A stretch of DNA of 64,000 bases from an uncultured bacterium (GTDB lineage Bacteria > AUK180), in contig CALMGJ010000037.1 in NCBI GenBank assembly GCA_937863565.1, positions 1-64,000 on the forward strand, given 5' to 3'. Position numbers and translations under genes: made by a program. Positions 56,880 to 64,000 of this stretch are shown piece after piece. Every line of letters starts with the position of its first letter. Position 1 is the first letter of the stretch. The notes under the pieces are model-generated. The model did not search any database. It saw nothing but the letters and a program-made list of their open reading frames with translations, and was not told the origin of the DNA.

Positions 56880-57847
56880 AAAAAGTCCTTACCGCGGTTT
56901 TAAGGATACTCTTCCCTGCGGTTGTCTTCTATCTTCTTTCAACCAAAGTCGATTTTCGCGAGGTTATCTCAAATATCGGGGTTTTCGGTTTTGGGAATTT
57001 TTCCGCAGTCGTTCTGATCATCTTTCTGGCCCAGCTTACCAGCGCGCTTAAGTTCAATATAATAATGAATTCATACGGGAAGCGCTCGGGGATCCTGCAT
57101 GATATCGGAGTTTATCTTGAAGGCATGTTCTACAATAATCTGTTCTTCTCGACTTTCGGCGGAGATGCTTTCAGAGCGATTGTCTATACGGCGAGATTCA
57201 AGGAGAAGGCGCCGGTTTTCTCTGCTCTTTTCTGGGAGAGGATGCTGGGGCTTTTAGGTGTTTTTATCTGTGCCGCTGTCTCGGTCGTCCTGCGCCCTTC
57301 GATCTTATCTTCCGAAACGGTAGTGAAAGGGATCAATCTCGGCCTGCCCGTTTTCCTGATCTTTGCCGCTGCGAGCGTTCTTGCCGTTTGTCTCTTTTTT
57401 AAACCGTTCAGGGAAATTCTGGGAAAACTCTCTTCAAAGATCTCGATTTTTAAGAAAGCAGCCGGGAGATTTCTGGAATATTCCGCCGGGCTGGGCAAGG
57501 CTGTCCCGGCATTCATCATTTCTGTTCTTCTGTCCGTTCTTTTCGTTATTATAATAGTATTCTCTTTCCTCCTCATTTTAAAAGTGACATCACCCGGCCT
57601 GCCCGCCGGACTTATCTGGATATACATTCCCTTCATCCTTCTTATCGCGGCCATTCCGGTCACAATATCGGGATTGGGATTAAGGGAATGGAGCATGATC
57701 CATTTTTTCGCTTTTATAAACGGTTTCTCATCTAAAGAGAATATAATGTCCGCTTCTCTGATATGGTTCTTTGCCGTGTTCACGCTTTCCGTGATCGGCG
57801 GCCTCATACATGTTCTGAAAGCTCTTGTATCTAAAAAAAACCGTTGA
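56876..57847 (+). CDS. Lysylphosphatidylglycerol-synthase-TM (UPF0104) flippase-like protein
   Basis: [24 protein letters not shown]. Confidence 0.82.
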   Translation: MKKVLTAVLRILFPAVVFYLLSTKVDFREVISNIGVFGFGNFSAVVLIIFLAQLTSALKFNIIMNSYGKRSGILHDIGVYLEGMFYNNLFFSTFGGDAFRAIVYTARFKEKAPVFSALFWERMLGLLGVFICAAVSVVLRPSILSSETVVKGINLGLPVFLIFAAASVLAVCLFFKPFREILGKLSSKISIFKKAAGRFLEYSAGLGKAVPAFIISVLLSVLFVIIIVFSFLLILKVTSPGLPAGLIWIYIPFILLIAAIPVTISGLGLREWSMIHFFAFINGFSSKENIMSASLIWFFAVFTLSVIGGLIHVLKALVSKKNR

Positions 57848-57854
57848 TCATTTC

Positions 57855-60116
57855 CTATCTGGCGATCACTTCCACTGACACCGTATCTTCGGAGCCGAAT
57901 TCGTCGGCCGCGGTTATCTCATAGGATCCCCGTTGAGCGGGAAAGAGAACGGCATTGCCGATCTCTGTTTTCCGGAAGAGTTTCCCGTTTATGAACCAGA
58001 AGACATCCCTGTTCCCGTGTCCGGAACAGAGGAGTGAAAGCCTAAGGCCATCTTTGTACATGATATGTTCGCCATTATTAAGGCCGGATATTTTAATATA
58101 AGACCTGTCGTCTCCGCAGCGGGGATGAACTGCCGGAAGCGATCCCGAAATGAAGGATGAGCCGGAAAGATATGCCGATACATCGGAGGGCATCACGGCA
58201 AAGACCTTCTCTTCGAGCTCCCCCATGCCTTTGAAGAAAGACGTGATACGAAGTCCGCTTCCTTTTTCTATCAAAAACTTCCTGTGGAAATTGCATTTCG
58301 AATAATACCGTCTTTCGCGAAGCGTATATTCTTCAATGCCTTCCGGGCAGTTATCCGTTTTCAGTTTTCCGGAAAGAGGGCAGACCTCGATCAGGGAAAT
58401 ATCGTCCGGCATTTTTCCAGATTCATATGTAATGCCGTGCTCAAGGGCCCTCAGAATATCAAAGGCTATCGGTGCGGCGATCTCATAACCGATCAAACCC
58501 TTCACCCCGCAACCGTCGAAATTGCCTGCCCATACCCCTACAACGAATTTCGACCCGAAAGCAATGGTCAGCGCATCCCTGTATCCGTGTGATGTCCCTG
58601 TTTTCCAGTAAATTCTATCAAGAAGGGGATTTCCAGCGTATTCATCCGGCAGCTCGAAATTCTTCCTTTTCGAGAGCGCCTTTTTTGTAAGATAACATGC
58701 GCCTTCCGAAAGGAGTCCGTTCATATCACCGCCCTCATCGTCGATAAGCATTCTATACGGACCGTATTTTCCGTTGTTCGCTATCATCCTGTATATATTG
58801 GCAAGAGACAAAAGGTCCGTCTCTACCGCGCCGATGATGAGAGAAAGCCCGTAGAAAGGATCCTCCTCGAGCCCTCTGATCCCGGCGGATCTCAAGAAAT
58901 CAAGAAAATCGTCCTTTCCGTAGTTATTAAAAAGACGGATAAAGGGAACATTCAGGGATCCGCACAGGGCGTCCTCGGCCCTAACAAGCCCCTGGTACGA
59001 ACCCGAAAAATTCTCGGGACTGTAATCGGAATACGAAGTAGGTATGTCCTTCAGCATATAGGAAGGATTGATAATGCCCTTCATAAGAGACAAAGCGTAT
59101 AAAAAGGGTTTCAATGTCGATCCCGGACTCCTTTTTGCGATGAACCCGTTGACCATTCCGTCCTTTTCTCCGAAATAATCGAAGGACCCGATGGCGGCGA
59201 GCACATTCCCGGTTCCGATATCGAGAACGACGGCCGACGCGTTCGTGATGCCGAGATCTTCGATCCTCTTCCTGTGATTGGCGATGATCTGCTGCGCCGC
59301 TCTTTGAACGTCCCTCTGAACGGTCGTAACCAGGCTGTCATTACCGGGATATCCCGCCGTAAGAAAGTCGGAAAGATGCGGTATGTCCGAGGGGAACCTG
59401 CTCGGCGTGAATCGGAGTTCTTGTCCGGCGGCTTCGTCGAACTCTTCTTTTGAGATCGCTCTTGCCTTGAAAAGAGCCTTCAGAACGCCGTCCCTTTTTT
59501 TTCTGAACAGTTCGGTATTATCGAGAGCATTGATGCCTGGGATCTGCGGCATATTGACGATGGCGGCCATTTCAGATATGTCAAGGTCGCGCAGCGGTTT
59601 TCCGAAATAGTACTGCGCCGCAGATTCTATGCCGACAAGGTTCCTGCCGAACGGAGCGAGATTGAGGTAATACTCGAGGATCTCTTCTTTTGAAAAACGC
59701 ATCTCGAACTGAACGGCCCTCAGCATCTCTATAAATTTAGAAAAGAGAGTCCTTCTTTTCGGCTCAGTGATGCGCGCAAGCTGCATGGTAAGCGTCGATC
59801 CGCCGTTAATGATCCTGCGGTTTTTGATATTCCGCGCGGCCGCCTTCAAAACGGATACGGGATTGATCCCGAAATGAAAAAAGAAGAAACGGTCCTCCTT
59901 CTCAACGATCCCTCTTCTCACGAGGAGCGGGATATCACGGTAAGGCGTTCTTATCCTCCACTGCTCATCCTTTGCGATATAAACGCGCGCCGGCCTTCCG
60001 TCGGCATAATACACTGTCTTCGAATAATCCGGGAAAAGACCTTTTGGGAGAGGAACGATGAAGGGAATGATATTGAACAGGACGGTCGCAGAAAGTATTA
60101 TAAGAAGTTTTCTCAT
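57855..60116 (-). CDS. pbpC: Penicillin-binding protein 1C
   Basis: EDRFF, GGSTLTMQL transglycosylase motifs; STLK, SLN, KTGT transpeptidase motifs; downstream of alpha-2-macroglobulin. Confidence 0.92.
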   Translation of the reverse strand: MRKLLIILSATVLFNIIPFIVPLPKGLFPDYSKTVYYADGRPARVYIAKDEQWRIRTPYRDIPLLVRRGIVEKEDRFFFFHFGINPVSVLKAAARNIKNRRIINGGSTLTMQLARITEPKRRTLFSKFIEMLRAVQFEMRFSKEEILEYYLNLAPFGRNLVGIESAAQYYFGKPLRDLDISEMAAIVNMPQIPGINALDNTELFRKKRDGVLKALFKARAISKEEFDEAAGQELRFTPSRFPSDIPHLSDFLTAGYPGNDSLVTTVQRDVQRAAQQIIANHRKRIEDLGITNASAVVLDIGTGNVLAAIGSFDYFGEKDGMVNGFIAKRSPGSTLKPFLYALSLMKGIINPSYMLKDIPTSYSDYSPENFSGSYQGLVRAEDALCGSLNVPFIRLFNNYGKDDFLDFLRSAGIRGLEEDPFYGLSLIIGAVETDLLSLANIYRMIANNGKYGPYRMLIDDEGGDMNGLLSEGACYLTKKALSKRKNFELPDEYAGNPLLDRIYWKTGTSHGYRDALTIAFGSKFVVGVWAGNFDGCGVKGLIGYEIAAPIAFDILRALEHGITYESGKMPDDISLIEVCPLSGKLKTDNCPEGIEEYTLRERRYYSKCNFHRKFLIEKGSGLRITSFFKGMGELEEKVFAVMPSDVSAYLSGSSFISGSLPAVHPRCGDDRSYIKISGLNNGEHIMYKDGLRLSLLCSGHGNRDVFWFINGKLFRKTEIGNAVLFPAQRGSYEITAADEFGSEDTVSVEVIAR

Positions 60117-60128
60117 CCGCGCTTGCGC

Positions 60129-63100
60129 TTATTGCCTGATATTGATCTTTCTTATGCCTCCCCTGAAATAGATCGAAGGATCGTACATCGCTTCCGCCGT
60201 GGTTCCCGGCATGATGAACTCTCCCGAGAATGCGACCCTTGCCGTAAAATAGAATTTTTGATTTTTTACCCAGGGGGATAATGTCCCGAACAGCTGTATC
60301 TTATCATCGCGGATATCCATATGGTCAACACTCCACGGAGCGTCCATCCAGTTGAGGGCGCCGGCTCCCGTAAGGCGCGGGTTCTCGATCTCGAACCCTG
60401 CGGGGATCCTCACTGTAACGGCCATATTATGTAGATTCGTCCCGACATCGCTTCCTATTTCCAGCTCTACGAAGATCAGATCGCCCACCTTGAGATTTTT
60501 AAGGTTAACAATCATGCCATTCGAATCAAAAAATTTCAGGTTCACTCTAATGCCTTTATATGAATCGGCTTCCGGGAAACTCACGGGATATCCGGTGATA
60601 GATATCACGGCATCGGTTTTGGCAGGAGAATTAAGAACAACGTTCTCCCCGGAAAGGCCCTGGAACTGGAATGATTTTCCGAGCGGAGAGTTATGCCCGT
60701 CATATGCCTTGCCGTTCACGAGCATCTCTGCTTTCGACATATCCGGTATCCTTGTTTTTCTCAGTATCTTTCCCGCCGCCATTATCGACCAGGCCATCTC
60801 CTGCGTAGTGTAATGACTCCGGGCGGAATAGAAAGTGGCAAGCTCTCCGGCCAGTTCGCCCAGCTTTTTTTCGCCTGAAAGAAGATCGGAAAGAATATAT
60901 ACGCGAAGAGCCCTGAATCTCAATGATGACCAGAACGTATCCCTCATATCCCGAATATCCTGAATATCCCGTTCGAGAAGATCGGAAAGATAACTGTCGA
61001 AAAAGTCTTTTTTCCCGAGCATTACCGCCGCCGCGGAAAGAAGGAGCATATCCTCGGAATAATGGTACAGGTTACTGTTGCCTTTTTTCACCGAATCTAT
61101 CGCGTTCATGATCCTTTTCAGAACATCCTTTTCAGCCAATGCGAGAACGAAAAGGGCATAAGGATGCGATTGAGCGCTGTTCCTGCTGTTTATCACGGTA
61201 TCCATAAGATAACCGAGGGCGTTCTCTATGGCGAACTGTGAAACGGGATATCCTGCTTTCTTCGCTTCAAGGAGCATATGAGTGGCATAGGCGGTGCCCC
61301 AATCGCACGGGGAATTGCCGCCCGGCCAGTAACTGAAACCTCCGGAGGAGGTCTGCATGCTCAGGACCCGCGCGATCCCTTTTGCCACCATATCGTCGAT
61401 ATTGTATTTCTTGAGCGTATCCGGGTCAATGACTTTCAGCACATCTTTTATATAAAGGAGCGGCATCGTTGATGAAGTTGTCTGCTCGATGCATCCGTAA
61501 GGATAGCGGATCAAAGATTTGATCCCGGAGAATGTATTGGCAAGCATAAAGGAGCCGGCGTTGATCGTGGAAGATTCATATCCCGGTGCCCATCCGCTGA
61601 AATATTCCGAGATATCGTTCTTACCTTTTTGTATCTCGATCTTTCTGGTAACGGTGATCTCGTTCGTCGGCGGTATGATGGGGATATCCTGCGAATCTCC
61701 CGATGAGAATGCCCCCGCTTCAAGCGCGATCTTGAATTTGGCCGTTCCCGCTATCGCAAGGACCTCCGCGCTGAATTTGAAAGTTTTACTTTTCTTGTCT
61801 TCGAGAATGCAGTTATTCCCGTCAAGCGGCGTTATCCTTATATTTTCACCCGCCGAAAGAACGAGTCCGATCTCCGCCTTCTTTCCGGAAAGATTCGTGA
61901 TCTCGACCGGGATCACCGCTTTATCCATAACGGTCAAGAATCTCGGGAATACCGGCATGATGACGATATCGTCAGCGGCCACGGTCTTCTTCTCCGCGGA
62001 GGCCATTCTGCTCTTGCCGGCGGCGACCGCCATGATCCGCAATGTCCCGTTGAAATACGGGATCCTTACTTTGACAGATGCCTTTCCGTTCTCTATCTTC
62101 ACGATGCCGGAATAGTATGAAACGAGTTTTACCGGAGTAACTCTCTTTTTCAGCTCTCTCTCCCTCTGATCTTCAAGCTCATTAACCCCCCCTCCCGGTT
62201 TTTTATCGTTCTTGTAAACGGAGGATACCCAGCCGTAATTGTCAAAGGTGCTTACGCCCAGCGCGCATTTCTGGAAAAAGAACGCGAAGGGATCAGGCGA
62301 AATGAAATTCGTGATCTGCAGTATCCCCTCATCGACAACGGATATAGTAGCCCATCCTTCCTTGATATTCGGGGTTTCTACAGATACTTCGAACTCGGTA
62401 TTGGGCTTGATCTTCTCGGGTGCATTGATCTCGATAGGTGAAGAGTATTTCTCAGGGATCACCCTCACGCTTTTGATCCCCATGCAGTGCTCGGGTTCAT
62501 ATCCGTCCGTCAAATCCTGCGGATACTCCTTTATAAGATGCGCGTGGAAATAGATATTCGGGACATCCTCGGAAATCTTACATGTGATCTCATTGCGGCC
62601 TTCCTTCAGGGCGTACCATTTCGAGAAGATCACCTTATCCGTTTCAGCGGAGAATTGAACCGTTCCGCTGAATTTAGAATTGAAGGAGATCTTTGCAGTA
62701 TCCCCGAGATCATACGCCTCCTTGTCCGTGAAGAGCTTGATGTATTCCGGGTCCTTGTAATTGCGGTATTGCGATTCCCGGTAGGAATATCTGTAGTAGC
62801 GCCATTCCCATTGAGCGGGGATGAAGTATTCGCTTACCGACCTTCTGTCCTCCGAACTTACCCTCATGATATATCCGCCCCAGTAATCGTCCGGGACGAA
62901 CGAATATTCGAAAGTGCCGTCCTCGCCTGTGATCACGCTCGTTTCCAGTGTATTGTAAGAATACGGCTGCCAGCGCCAGGCGCCCCATCCGTAATCCTCA
63001 TCGTCCTCATAATAGTAATACCAGGAGTATTCAACGCGGGAGATCTCAACGTTCAATGTAACTTTGGACTTTATAACCGTCTCATCCGTATCAAGAAGGA

Positions 63101-64000
63101 TGCCCTTCACGGTCATCTCCTTGCCTCTGTACGCCCTGTCAGAATCGGCTTTCAGCCCTATGAGCATATTCCCCGGCATAACGGTAACGACCGCCGATCT
63201 CTTTGAGCCCCGCGCCGTACCGGGAGGAGAGACATTCGCATACAATTTCAATTGAACGGGTGAATTCACTGCGATGCCGTAATTGTCAAGGTTGAATTTC
63301 AGGGCATATGAACCGTCCGCGCCGAGTTCTCCCGTGAAATTATCCACATTCGTTCCCGCGGGTTCATCGAAGAAATATTTCCCGAAGGAATAATCACTGA
63401 AATCCTTCACTTTTAAAGCGATGGGTTTCAATGTCACGTCCAGGGAGAAAGAGGCCTCGGCAGCCGGCGCGCCGAAAAGGTATTCCGCTTTGAGATCGAC
63501 GCGGATATCCTCTTTGTCCATGAAAAGCATCTTTTCGGGTTTAAGATCGATCTTGATCGTTTCCGGGACGAATTCCTCTACTGAAAACCGCCCCTGGCCG
63601 ATCAGGTTCTTGCCTGCCAGGACATTCACGACATACTGCCCCGTAGCGGGCGTGTTGCCGAATTCGCACGAGAGATCTGCCATTCCGGCATCATTGACCG
63701 TTTTAGAGGTGTCTATAAGGACCGTATTCCTCGGGGACACCAGGCGGATCTTAACCGGTATCTTCTCCTTCGGGGACCTCCTTTCGCTGTCCCTCACCAT
63801 GATGGTGATATTGGCAGTATCGTTCGGGCGGTAAACGCCTCTGTCCGTGTATACATATGCTTTGTACTCGAAAGTATTCTTATAATTCGTTCCGGCCACA
63901 TCGAATTTTGATGCATCAAGAAGCGGTTCGTCGAAAACCATATAATTCAGATCGTCCCCGTCTTCGGCGATAAGCGCATAGACCTTGTCGGCTTTGAACC
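60129..64000 (-). CDS. Bacterial alpha-2-macroglobulin (5' partial)
   Basis: TDRGVYRP, VDEGIL, PRFL, YPYGCIEQ thioester motif, GGFSYW, PAGFEIEN, EAMY; frame stays open to the window end. Confidence 0.93.
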   Translation of the reverse strand, partial: FKADKVYALIAEDGDDLNYMVFDEPLLDASKFDVAGTNYKNTFEYKAYVYTDRGVYRPNDTANITIMVRDSERRSPKEKIPVKIRLVSPRNTVLIDTSKTVNDAGMADLSCEFGNTPATGQYVVNVLAGKNLIGQGRFSVEEFVPETIKIDLKPEKMLFMDKEDIRVDLKAEYLFGAPAAEASFSLDVTLKPIALKVKDFSDYSFGKYFFDEPAGTNVDNFTGELGADGSYALKFNLDNYGIAVNSPVQLKLYANVSPPGTARGSKRSAVVTVMPGNMLIGLKADSDRAYRGKEMTVKGILLDTDETVIKSKVTLNVEISRVEYSWYYYYEDDEDYGWGAWRWQPYSYNTLETSVITGEDGTFEYSFVPDDYWGGYIMRVSSEDRRSVSEYFIPAQWEWRYYRYSYRESQYRNYKDPEYIKLFTDKEAYDLGDTAKISFNSKFSGTVQFSAETDKVIFSKWYALKEGRNEITCKISEDVPNIYFHAHLIKEYPQDLTDGYEPEHCMGIKSVRVIPEKYSSPIEINAPEKIKPNTEFEVSVETPNIKEGWATISVVDEGILQITNFISPDPFAFFFQKCALGVSTFDNYGWVSSVYKNDKKPGGGVNELEDQRERELKKRVTPVKLVSYYSGIVKIENGKASVKVRIPYFNGTLRIMAVAAGKSRMASAEKKTVAADDIVIMPVFPRFLTVMDKAVIPVEITNLSGKKAEIGLVLSAGENIRITPLDGNNCILEDKKSKTFKFSAEVLAIAGTAKFKIALEAGAFSSGDSQDIPIIPPTNEITVTRKIEIQKGKNDISEYFSGWAPGYESSTINAGSFMLANTFSGIKSLIRYPYGCIEQTTSSTMPLLYIKDVLKVIDPDTLKKYNIDDMVAKGIARVLSMQTSSGGFSYWPGGNSPCDWGTAYATHMLLEAKKAGYPVSQFAIENALGYLMDTVINSRNSAQSHPYALFVLALAEKDVLKRIMNAIDSVKKGNSNLYHYSEDMLLLSAAAVMLGKKDFFDSYLSDLLERDIQDIRDMRDTFWSSLRFRALRVYILSDLLSGEKKLGELAGELATFYSARSHYTTQEMAWSIMAAGKILRKTRIPDMSKAEMLVNGKAYDGHNSPLGKSFQFQGLSGENVVLNSPAKTDAVISITGYPVSFPEADSYKGIRVNLKFFDSNGMIVNLKNLKVGDLIFVELEIGSDVGTNLHNMAVTVRIPAGFEIENPRLTGAGALNWMDAPWSVDHMDIRDDKIQLFGTLSPWVKNQKFYFTARVAFSGEFIMPGTTAEAMYDPSIYFRGGIRKINIRQ

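Overview
Bacterial chromosomal window from a lineage I cannot identify (core proteins are divergent). 1-11.8 kb: the conserved tuf(3' end)-rpmG-tRNA-Trp-secE-nusG-rplK-rplA-rplJ-rplL cluster, then one 2794-aa ORF encoding RNA polymerase beta and beta' as a fused polypeptide (rpoBC). 11.9-57.8 kb: a ~46-kb cell-surface glycan region with many GT4/GT2 glycosyltransferases, three putative GT-C-type membrane proteins, Wzx, a Wzy/WaaL-like protein, an MBOAT/SGNH O-acylation pair, two AsnB-like enzymes (one lacking the glutaminase Cys), eight class I methyltransferases and a tandem-duplicated glycosyltransferase; uvrB lies inside it. An unexplained minus-strand operon (methyltransferases, two LolA-like proteins, ICMT-like methyltransferase, alpha/beta hydrolase, IscS-rhodanese fusion) is embedded at 19.8-26.1 kb. 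The window ends with pbpC and a partial alpha-2-macroglobulin gene. Non-coding pattern: about ten unit-leading genes have sigma70-type -35/-10 boxes only 5-7 nt before the start codon (leaderless mRNA architecture), and several unannotated short ORFs bridge promoters or upstream genes to downstream start codons. All calls were made by eye from motifs; no database search was run.
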